From: Octopus vulgaris
Taxonomy: Eukaryota
Length of the DNA: 64,000 nucleotides
Assembly (NCBI GenBank): GCA_951406725.2
Contig: OX597824.1
Location: 26,288,001-26,352,000 of the forward strand
Direction of reading: 5' to 3'
The notes under the pieces are model-generated. The model made no database searches. It worked only from the letters and a program-made list of their open reading frames with translations, and was not told the origin of the DNA. Shown here one piece after another: positions 53,497 through 64,000 of this stretch (position 1 is the stretch's first letter; each line of letters starts with the position of its first letter). The position numbers and the translations under genes are program-made.

Positions 53497-53646
53497 TATA
53501 TATATTTACGAAATCTAGACAGATATCTTCAGCTAGCAGGCCTCTGCTACTCTAGACCGATGATGGGCAAAGACCCTGAAACATGCGTGTCTCTCGATGC
53601 AGGCCTAGCTGTTGGGGGTATTTGTCTCCCCTTCGTAAATATATAA
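53497..53646 (+). ncRNA. Type I hammerhead ribozyme candidate with an extended stem I (PLE-associated)
   Basis: aga-CCGATGA-tggg(caaaga)ccct-GAAA-catgcgtg-TC-tct at 53554-53594, enclosed by the helices ctgc/gcag, agctag/ctagct, agacagatatcttc/gggggtatttgtct and tatatttacgaa/ttcgtaaatata. Confidence 0.65.
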
Positions 53647-53829
53647 GGACACAGGAAATGTGTCGAGGCCGACAGGAAGCGTCGATGCTTCCTAGGGCTA
53701 AACAACGGTAGTGTAATTCCCCTACTGTCACGTTAAGTTGACAGTATACAACCACTCTATCGCTCCACCACCGCACATATCTCTATGAGATATTTAGAAA
53801 TTTAATATTTCTGATAAATTTATATATAT

Positions 53830-54221
53830 ACTTTTATTCTTTTACTTGATCCAGTCATTTGATTGCGGCCATATTGGAGCACCGCCTTTAGTTGAACTAA
53901 GCTTAGTACTTATTCTATTGGTTATTTTTGTCGAACCGCTAAGTTACGGGGACGTAAACACACCACCGTCGATTGTCAAGCGATGGTGGGTTGGGGCCAA
54001 ACACAGACAGACAAACATATATATTACACATACACACACATTCGCACATACATACACGCGCGCGCGCGCACACACATATATATACGACGGGCTTCTTTCA
54101 GTTTCCGTCTACCAAATTCACTCACAAGGCTTTGGTCGGCACGAGGTTATAGTAGAAGACACTTGCTCAAGGTGCCATGTAGTTGGGAAGCAAGCTTCTT
54201 ACCACACAGCCACTCCTGCGC
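53830..54221 (-). mobile_element. SINE family A, diverged with deletions
   Basis: Family match. Confidence 0.85.
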
Positions 54222-54301
54222 CAATGCACCCCCCCCCCCACACACGCACACACACACACACACACACACAGACATATATATATATATACACACACACGCA
54301 C

Positions 54302-55125
54302 ACAAGGTGCGATGGGTAAATTGTCGCCATTTCATATATTTAATTTCGCGCATGCACATAGATTGTCTTTGATTTTGTCGACTACACAGTATAGCAGGGT
54401 AAGTTGGGCACCGTTTGTGGGAAAAACATCACCATTACGCATTTCACTCTGACAGAAATTTGGAAACGACATGCTGTACTGCTTGGCATTCGTGCCGGTA
54501 GCTCCAATATGAACATTTCAGTGTTTGGGTATCAATCTTAGGACAGTAAAACCTAAGGACAAGTACCGAGAGTGATAAAAATCAAACATCCCGTCAACGT
54601 CACGGTGTTTGGAGTGATCACTAGTGATGATGACGTTATGCCTCCATTCATCTTCCCACACTACCTCAGACTCAACACGTAGGCCTATATCAGGTGCTTG
54701 GAGGAGATAGTGCTGCCCTGGATCAAAAGGGTTGTTGCTGGAAGACCCTATGTCTGGAAACAGAACTCTGCACCATGCCACACAAGCAGGAGAGCCCAGT
54801 GTCTGCTAGACAATTTCTGCGACTACGTCACCCTTAACATCTGGTCACCTAACGCGCTACACTGCAACCCCTTTCATTATTATGTGTGGGGCACAATTGA
54901 ACGAGAGACCAACAAAACAAACCCCTTGTAACACCAAAGATGAACTGAAGGTAAGGATTATGGCAGAATTCACCAACTTAAACAATGAGACCGTCCAGAA
55001 GAGCTGCAAGAGATTCCGAAGTCGCCTGGAAAGCCGTGGTTGAACCCAATGACGATATTATTGAATAAATTTACTCTTTAGTATTTCAAGACATTTTTAT
55101 GTAATGTTGGTAAATATATTTATTT
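54302..55125 (+). mobile_element. Internally deleted Tc1/mariner (DD37D/maT-like) transposon
   Basis: Putative left TIR caaggtgcgatgggtaaattgtcgccat. YVWKQNSAPCHTS...WSPNALHCNPFHYYVWG is a degenerate QDSAP.H / WPPNSPDCNPLDYYVWG. Right TIR not seen. Confidence 0.75.
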
Positions 55126-55133
55126 TATGTATG

Positions 55134-55217
<84 letters not shown>

Positions 55218-55221
55218 CAAG

Positions 55222-55585
55222 GGCGTGGCTCTGTGGTAAGAAGCTTTGGTTCCCAACCACGTGCTACGGGGTTCACTCCCACTGCGTGGTACCTCGGCTA
55301 AGTGTCTTCTACCCTTGTAGAAAACCTTGTGAGCGGATTTGGTAGAAGGAGACTGAAAGAAGCCCGTCCTATGTATAAGTATATATATCTGTGTGTATGT
55401 CTGTGTTTGTCTCCCCCACCCCCCACCATAACCACTTGACAACCGGTGTTGGTTTGTTTACAGTTCGGCAAGAAAGACCGGTAGAATAAGTACCATGCTC
55501 AAAAAGTAAGTCCTGGGGTCGATTCCTTCGACTAAAAATTCGAGACTGTGCCCCAGTATGGTCGCAGTCTAATGACTGACACAAG
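55222..55585 (+). mobile_element. SINE family A, diverged
   Basis: Family match. Confidence 0.85.
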
Positions 55586-55684
55586 AATCATTTATGTTAA
55601 GCACCTATGTGTGCGCGCGTCGGCACACGTTAGTGGACGTGTCTTTACGTGTGTGTCTGTCCATGTGTCTATATATTTGTGACA

Positions 55685-56097
55685 GGCGGCGAGCTGGCAG
55701 AAACGTTAGCACGCCGGGAGAAATGCTTAGCGGTATTTCGTCTGTCGTTACGTTCTGAGTTCAAATTCCGCCGGGGTCGACTTTGCCTTTCATCCTTTCG
55801 GGGTCGATAAATTAAGTACCAGTTACGCACTGGGGTCGATGTAATCGACTTAATACCTATGTCTGTCCTTGTTTGTCCCTTCTATGTTTAGCCCCTTGTG
55901 GGTAATAAAGAAATGGGTATTTCGTCTGTCGTTACGTTCTGAGTTCAAATTCCGCCGGGGTCGACTTTGCCTTTCATCCTCTTGGGGTCGATAAATAAAG
56001 TACCAGTTCCGCACTGGGTCGATATAATCGACTTAATCCCCTTGTCTGTCCTTGTTTGTTCCCTCTATGTTTAGCCCCTTGTGGGTAGTAAAGAAAT
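55685..56097 (+). mobile_element. SINE family C, head plus two tandem bodies
   Basis: Junction aaagaaatgggtatttcgtc near 55915. Confidence 0.92.
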
Positions 56098-56276
56098 ATA
56101 TATATTTCTGACTTTATGTGTGTGTCTCTAAGTGTATGTATGTATGTGTCTAAGTGTATGTAAGTGTATTTATATAAGTGTGTCGGAATATATATAAAGA
56201 GTGTGTAGTTGGATGTCAATGATTGCTTGTGCGCATGTATCTGTTTACGTATATAAATGTTTGTGTGTAGGTATAC

Positions 56277-56279
<3 letters not shown>

Positions 56280-56321
<42 letters not shown>

Positions 56322-56560
56322 TGTTTATCTGAGGGTGCCTGCGAGTGTGACTCCACGCGAGTTTATTGTGCTTGCTTGTGTGTTTGTGTGTGTTTGTGAG
56401 TGTGTGTGTGTGTGTGTGTGAGTGAGTGCGGATGTGCCTTCGCGATATTGCGTGCGTGTCTGCGTGGCTGTATGCGTTTGCATACGTCGTATCAGTATGA
56501 GTGTGAGTGTGTGCGTGCGCGCATGCGTGCGTGTGTGTATGTGTGTGCATGTGGTGTATG

Positions 56561-56604
<44 letters not shown>

Positions 56605-57250
56605 TGTGTGCGCATGTGTGAGATTGCGTGTGTGTCTGCATGGCTGTATGCGTTGGCATACGTATCTGTATGATTGTGTGTGTGAGTGTGTGCGTGCGTG
56701 CATGATTGTGTGTGTGCATGTGTGTGTGTTTGCATGTGTGTGTGTGTGTGTGTGCATGTGCGTGTGTATGTGTGTATGTGTGTGTATGTGCGCATGTACC
56801 TTCGCATCATTGCGTGTGTGTCTGCATGGCTGTATGCGCTTGCATACATATTTGTGATCGTAGGCGAGTATGTGTGCGTGTATATGTGCGAGTGTGTGTG
56901 TGTGTGTGTGCGTGCGTATTCATCGTAGAGTATCTGTGCGTGTGAAGTTATAAGAGTTGGTTTCTAACATATGTGTTTGCGTGTGTGTATGTGTGTGTGC
57001 GTGTGCTTATATGTCTGTGTGTGTGTCTTCGCTCGGCTGCGCGTGTATGTGTCCATGCGACAGTTTGTCCGTTTGCACAACTATCGATATGAATGTGTGT
57101 ACATGTGACTGTGTGTGTGTATGTGTATGTGTGTGTATGTGTATGTGTGTGCATGTGTATGTGTGTGTATGTGTATGTGTGTGTATGTGTGTGTATGTGT
57201 ATGTGTGTGTATGTGTGTGTATGTGTGTGTATGTGTATGTGTGTGTGTGA
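56280..57250. repeat. Degenerate (GT)n region with three embedded ~45-bp higher-order units
   Basis: ttgcgtg.gtgtctgc.tggctgtatgcg.t.gcatac near 56449, 56624 and 56810. Confidence 0.8.
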
Positions 57251-57374
57251 ATCTCTATAAGCAAGTACGTGAGAGAGAGAGACAGTGAGAAAGAGAGAGA
57301 GAGACAGTGAGAAAGAGAGAGAGAGAGAGACAGTGAGAAAGAGAGAGAGAGACAGTGAGAAAGAGAGAGACAGT

Positions 57375-57405
<31 letters not shown>

Positions 57406-57601
57406 ATAGAGACGGAGTGAGAATTAGAGAGAAAGAGAGACGTAAGGGAGAAGCAATACCTTATATCAGAGACATTTTCGTAAGGAGGTGCGAGTAAAAG
57501 TCGTTATTTTAGTGAATTCAATCACATCCCCACACCCTCCACCTCTCCCGCCCCCCCGCCACAAATTGTATTTCTATTTCCCCTCATATCCTCACACCAC
57601 A

Positions 57602-57810
57602 TTCTTCTCCACCTCTTTCTTCTTCTTCTTCTTCTTCTTTATCATCTCTTTCTTCTCCTTTTTCTTCTTCTTCTTCTTCTTCTTCTTCTCCTTCTTCTTC
57701 TTCTTCTTCTTCTTCTTCTTCTTCTTCTTCTTCTTCTTCTTCTTCTTCTTCTTCTTCTTCTCCTCCTCCTCCTCCTCCTCCTCCTCCTCCTCCTTCTCCT
57801 CCTCCTCCTT
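57602..57810. repeat. (TTC)n(TCC)n polypyrimidine repeat
   Basis: Directly visible. Confidence 0.95.
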
Positions 57811-57921
57811 CCCGTAATAACTGCAATTATTCCGGTTTAAAATCATACTCGCCTGCAACGATTTCGTTTTCGACAACAACCAACAAAAAGTAAAAACTGA
57901 GGCTATATACACATTTGTTTG

Positions 57922-57955
<34 letters not shown>

Positions 57956-58050
57956 AACACGCACACACACGCAAACATACACACGCGCACACACTCACAC
58001 ACACAAATTTAAATATGAATATATGTATATATATATACATATATATATAT

Positions 58051-58104
<54 letters not shown>

Positions 58105-58131
58105 TCTCTCTCACACACACACACAAACACA

Positions 58132-58207
<76 letters not shown>

Positions 58208-58221
58208 TGTATGTATGCATG

Positions 58222-58265
<44 letters not shown>

Positions 58266-58499
58266 ACGAGAAGCGCGTATCAGTTTGCGCATAAATTAAC
58301 ATATACATTTCTGCGCGTGCGCATACACTAACAATAATGCAAGCACATAGATACACCGCCATATGTAATGCATGTAGGTATGTCCCAACATATGTACGTA
58401 TGTATGTGTGTTTGTGTGCGCGTTTTGCTGTGAAAACGGAAAACTACTGATTACTTGTGGCATTATGTATATATGTGTGTGTGTGTGCATGCGTGCGTG

Positions 58500-58598
58500 T
58501 CTGTCTATCTATCTATCTATCTATCAATCTATCAATAGATCTCTCTATCAGTCTGTCTGCCTTCTAGCTCTCTGTCTGTCTATCCATCCATCCATCTA

Positions 58599-58692
<94 letters not shown>

Positions 58693-58721
58693 AATCCATC
58701 TATCTATCCATCTATCAATCC

Positions 58722-58773
<52 letters not shown>
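58500..58773. repeat. (TCTA)n microsatellite
   Basis: Directly visible. Confidence 0.95.
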
Positions 58774-58775
<2 letters not shown>

Positions 58776-58981
58776 AGGTAAATAGATAGATAGATATAAA
58801 TATACATAACCCCGTCTATCTATCCACCATACACACGCACATACATATACACGCGCATACACAGAACACACGCCCAGAACCCCTTCAGACAAACAGACAC
58901 ACACACACTTAGATGTTTGAATAAGAGCAGCGGTGTGTATGTACGTGTGTGTGCGTGAGTGCTCGTGTATTCGTGTGTGTG

Positions 58982-59026
<45 letters not shown>

Positions 59027-59511
59027 TGTGTAAATGAATGTTGACATATGTCTAAGAGAAGGGGACCGGCTAAGTGGCTAAATGATAGAATTTGTCCAAA
59101 TGTTTTCTCCAAGAAAATCTCTGTTCATATTGCGCACAATAATCTTTGCCCGAGGTGTAAAGAATTTTTAAAAATTTAAGACATTATTTTTCTGAATCCT
59201 ATTTCCAGTTAGTTTATTTCGTTAAAAACCTGCTTGAATTAGTCTTGTATGTATGTGTGTGTGTTTGTGTATTTGTATGTGCATGTGTGTGTATGTGTGT
59301 GTGTGTGTGTGTAAAGTGGGGCTGGAGATGATGATGATGATGAAGATGATGATAATGGTAATAATAGTAATGTTTGGCTGAGAGGAAGAAAAAAAGAATA
59401 CGGAGGGTAAAAGAAACACTTTATAATTTTGAATTTAATAACCTCTGGCTAGAATTAATGTCGTCGTCAGTTAAAAATATATGAATGAATAAATTCATAT
59501 TTCCTATAAAT

Positions 59512-59553
<42 letters not shown>

Positions 59554-59615
59554 CATATAAGTACATATATATGTTCATAGATACATATATACATACATAT
59601 ATAATATACATACCT

Positions 59616-59656
<41 letters not shown>

Positions 59657-60131
59657 CCATTTGTGTGTGTGTATGTGTGTATGTATGTGCTTATATATAT
59701 AAATGTACACACACGCACACACACTCATATATATATATATATATTTATATAAACGCACATAAATAGATATGTATATGCACACACACACATATATATATAT
59801 GTTAAATATATATATAGGTATATGTAAATGCATACACACACGTGCATGCGCACACACACACACGCATACACACACTCCGTGTTTAAAAACGATTCAACAC
59901 ATATATACACACACACACACACAAACGTATATATATTCATTAGTTCGTGAAGTAGTGATAATTTAAACAGATTCATCAATTTCATATTGTTGTTGTTGTT
60001 GTTGTTGTGGGTATTGTTTGTAGTTGACGAGATAAGCTCCTCCCGTTGAGCTAAGATTCTACGAATTTGGTTTCGATTCCCGATTCACTTCAACGAAATT
60101 CCCATTAAACTCCATGAATGTTATTTTTTTT

Positions 60132-60518
60132 TATGGAAGCACTCCGTCGGTTACGACGATGAGGGTTCCGGTTGATCCGAATCAACGGAACAGCCTGCTC
60201 GTGAAATTAACGTGTAAGTGGTTGAGCACTCCACAGACACGTGCACCCTTAACGTAGTTCTCGGGGATATTCAGCGTGACACAGAGAGTGACAAGGCCGG
60301 CCCCTTGAAATACAGGTACAACAGAAACAGGAAGTAAGAGTGAGAGAAAGTTGTGGTGAAAGAGTACAGCAGGGATCACCACCATCCCCTACCGGAGTCT
60401 CGTGGAGCTTTAGGTGTTTTCGCTCAATAAACACTGACAACGCCCGGTCTGGGAATCGAAACCGCGATCCTATGACCGCGAGTCCGCTGCCCTAACCACT
60501 GGGCCATTGCGCCTCCAC
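60132..60518 (-). mobile_element. SINE family B, full length
   Basis: Near-consensus. Confidence 0.92.
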
Positions 60519-61339
60519 GAATGTTATTAGGAATGATTGGACACACAGACACAGACACAGGCACACACACAGACAGACAGACACACACACACAGACAAGT
60601 ATGAAGATAAATCTGGAAAGGTTGTGAATGCAGAAGATTACTTTCCAACCACATGGTTCCAGGTTCAATCCCACTGCGCAGCACCTTGGAAAGTGCCTCC
60701 AACTCTAGCCCCGGGTCGACCACAGCCTTGTTAGTGGATTTTGTGGAAGGAAACTGAAAAAACCCGTTGTGGGTGTGTGTGTGTGTAAGAATGTACGAAA
60801 TGAGGAGTAGCTAGACAGTCGACAACTGATGAAGGTTCCTTTCTCTATATTTACTTATCCTGTATTCCATTTTTTCTCGTTGTTTATATATTCCATTCGT
60901 TTTCCCCACGTTTTTTTTTTACGTATTTCATGTTATTTGCACCGTTGGTGACATCCTGTACCCATATATATATATGTATATTGTATATTGTATATTATTA
61001 TTTAATTGAGAGCGACGCATCCGTTTCCAGGTACACACTCACACACACACACATACACAAACACACATATATATATATATACATATATGCCAAAGGTAAG
61101 CAGTTAGCGGTTGTAGTAACCGACTAAGGGATAATAGTATCCGTGTTTCCTATTCCCACTTCCCTTCGCTTATTTTAGTTTACACCTTTGTATTCACTCT
61201 GATGAAGTTCCATGTACGAGATCGAATGTGTTATGAAGATAACGAATATTAGTTTCGAAATTTCTTTCGTAGGCACCGACTAACACTGGAAAAGTAAGAA
61301 AATCGAGAGATCTAATGGATAAAATTAATTAATTAATTT

Positions 61340-61684
61340 ATTAACATTGCCTACAATTGTTTCATTTCACACTCCATACAAATCACATTATATCATAAAA
61401 CACTTATATTATAAATCACATTATATTATAAAACATATAATTAAATAAGCTTGCATTTTGAAGATTTTGAGTGAAAGGACATTAAGGAGCTTACATGTTG
61501 AACGGTTGAGATATTCTAACAGAATATTTCAACCGATCAACATGTCACTTCTTTAACGTCCTTTCCCCTGATGATATTTTATACAAAATCTTCAAAATGC
61601 AAGCTTATTTTATAATATAAGTATTTTATAATATAAGGTAATTTGTATGGAGTGTGAATTGAAACAATTGTAGGCAATGTTAAT
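61340..61684. mobile_element. ~345-bp imperfect palindrome (PLE-type inverted pLTR) with a long-stem-II hammerhead motif
   Basis: Centre near 61518. CTGATGA at 61568-61574, then GAAA-caattg-TA-ggc at 61661-61675 (palindromic stem III ACAATTGT). Confidence 0.6.
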
Positions 61685-61709
61685 CAATTATTAAAGTAAT
61701 ATTATCCAA

Positions 61710-62075
61710 GGCGCAGGAATGGCTGTGTGGTAAGAAGCCTACTTACCAAACATATGATTCCGGGTTCAATCCCACTGCGTGGCACCTTGGGCAAGTGTTT
61801 TCTGCTATAGCTTCGGGCTGACCAAAGCCTTGTGAGTGGATTTGGTCGACGGAAACTGAAAGAAGCCCGTCGTATATGTGCGCGTGTGAGTCTGTGCGCG
61901 TGTATGTGCGTGTGTGTGTGTATATGTTTGTGTGTCTGTGCTTTTGCCCCCATCATCACTTCAAAACTGATGTTGGTGTGTTTACGTCCCCATAACTTAG
62001 CGATTGGGCAAAACAGACCAATAGAATAGGCTAACAAAGAATAAGCCGACTAAAGGCAGTACTCCAGCATGGCTA
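61710..62075 (+). mobile_element. SINE family A
   Basis: Family match; tail truncated by a SINE C. Confidence 0.88.
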
Positions 62076-62083
62076 AAAAATAA

Positions 62084-62355
62084 AGTCGACCTCGGCGGCA
62101 TTTGAAAGACAGACGAAATACCTATTTCTTTACTACCCACAAGGGGCTAAACACAGAGAGGACAAACAAGGACAGACAAACGAATTAAGTCGATTATATC
62201 GACCCTTGTGTGTAACTGGTATTTATTTAATCGACCCCGAAAGGATGAAAGGCAAAGGCGACCTCGGCGGAATTTGAACTCAGAACGTAACGGCAGACGA
62301 AATACGGCTAAGCATTTCGCCCGGCGTGCAAAAGTTTCTGCCAGCTCGCCGCCTT
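62084..62355 (-). mobile_element. SINE family C with a partial second unit
   Basis: Family match; same junction gacgaaatacctatttcttt. Confidence 0.9.
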
Positions 62356-62973
62356 TGAAAGTGCAACAGATATTATCATAAGCTTTAATCTTCTCAATCG
62401 AGAGTTCATCTTCCGATATTTCTTCTCATGCTTCTTTCAACTACTATTTCAATGGAAATTAGAAAACTGTGCTGTCTTTTTTTCAGGTACAAATACGTTG
62501 CTTTTGCGTTGCCCTCTCTTGGATGTGATCATGAGGCTAAAGGACGCTTCTAATTCGCCCAGTTAATTCTTTTTGTGGCAATTTTTTCAAAGCACAGAAA
62601 GTGAGCGATAACCGGGGAAAATGTAGAAACTATAATGACTACGGATATAAGTCCTCTGTTACAGATTTGTTTTTGTTTAAGTGTTGTTTTTGTCATATTG
62701 TTTAAAATATTTGTTAAACTGTTCGAAATAATTTCTTTTTCTATTTTACGTCCATTTAAATGTCTAATATTTCTTCCTTTTGTTGTAAGTGTTTTTTTTT
62801 CTGTGGTATAATCTGTTTTGGTAATGTCTTTTTATTTTGCTTTCGTCGCTGATTTTTTTTTATTAATTTTCTTTTACTGAGGGTTGTCTGGGAACATGTT
62901 TTGATGTGAAAAATCGTCAAAATGTGAAAACAAAATGAAGCAATTATAACATCACTTATAAATTACCGTATAT

Positions 62974-63008
<35 letters not shown>

Positions 63009-63176
63009 ACACACAAACACACACACACACACATACACGCACACATACACACACACCACACACATTTATACATATATAAACAAATACATACACACGTATG
63101 TATATTTATATATATATATGCAAACTTACATATATACATATACAGACGTACTAATATACACATATCTGTGTGTCTA

Positions 63177-63226
<50 letters not shown>

Positions 63227-63282
63227 TATGCACATGTATGTATATATGCATATATATTCATACACTTATACGATGTATGTAA

Positions 63283-63329
<47 letters not shown>

Positions 63330-63344
63330 TATATATATATTATA

Positions 63345-63930
63345 TACTCTTTTACTTGTTTCAGTCATGTGACTGTGGCCATGCTGGAGCACCATCTTTA
63401 GTCGAGCAAACTGACCACAGGACTTATTCTTTCTAAGCCTAGTACTTATTCTATCGGCCCCTTTTGCCGAACCGCTAGGTTACGGGGACGTAAACACAGC
63501 AGCATCTGTTGTCAAGCGATGTTAGGGTGACAAAGACAGACACATAAACATATACACAATATACATACAATATATATATAAATATATATATACACATATA
63601 TACGACGGGCTTATTTCAGTTTACGTCTACCAAATTCACTCGCAAGGCTTTGGTCGGCCCGAGGCTATAGTAGAGGACACTTGCCCGAGGTACCACGCAG
63701 TGGGACTGAACCGAGAACTATGTGGTTCGTAAGCAAGCTACTTCCAACACAGCCACTTCCATTAAAAGAGAGATATGTATAGAAGACGCATTTATGTATA
63801 CAGACATACACATGTATGTTTTTTACTCTTTTATTTGTTTCAGTTGTTTGACTGCGGCAATACTGGAGCATCGCCTTTAGTCGAACAGGTCAACCCTAGG
63901 ACTTATTCTTTGTAAGCCTAGTACTTATTG
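63345..63930 (-). mobile_element. SINE family A full copy (63345-63760) plus a tail fragment (63820-63930)
   Basis: Family match. Confidence 0.88.
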
Positions 63931-64000
63931 AGGTATTGAAAATCTTGTTGAACGTTGGGAAGAAGTTGTAAATTACAAGGGCGAATACATTATTGATTAA

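Noticed and set aside
60800-61260. CTGATGA motifs near 60826 and 61198
   Set aside because: No properly placed GAAA or stem III, so they cannot be called hammerheads
63975-64000. tacaagggcgaat, a possible mariner TIR start
   Set aside because: Truncated by the window edge and cannot be verified

Overview
AT-rich eukaryotic DNA, dense in microsatellites and transposons. The repeat content and style suggest an octopus (coleoid cephalopod) intron or intergenic region; this is inference and was not searched. No host gene is confidently recognisable, and nearly all ORF-track entries are translations of microsatellites. The window holds about 35 copies or fragments of four tRNA-derived SINE families. 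It also holds decayed LINE fragments (CR1-like, R4/Dong-like, Hero-like, RTE, Tx1/L1), a Gypsy/Mag gag fragment, a full-length DD36E Tc1-like element, a DD37D-like mariner fragment, hAT and Merlin-like MITEs, and two foldback elements. The most notable signal is a set of at least eight Penelope-type hammerhead ribozyme motifs, often inside long DNA palindromes. Four of them share a non-canonical CCGANGA core, and one sits at the tip of a long stem rich in G-U pairs. Other points of interest are a telomere-repeat-carrying MITE that appears to have moved using an alternative end, several short locally templated duplications, and a 3' tail shared between a SINE and the CR1-like LINE.
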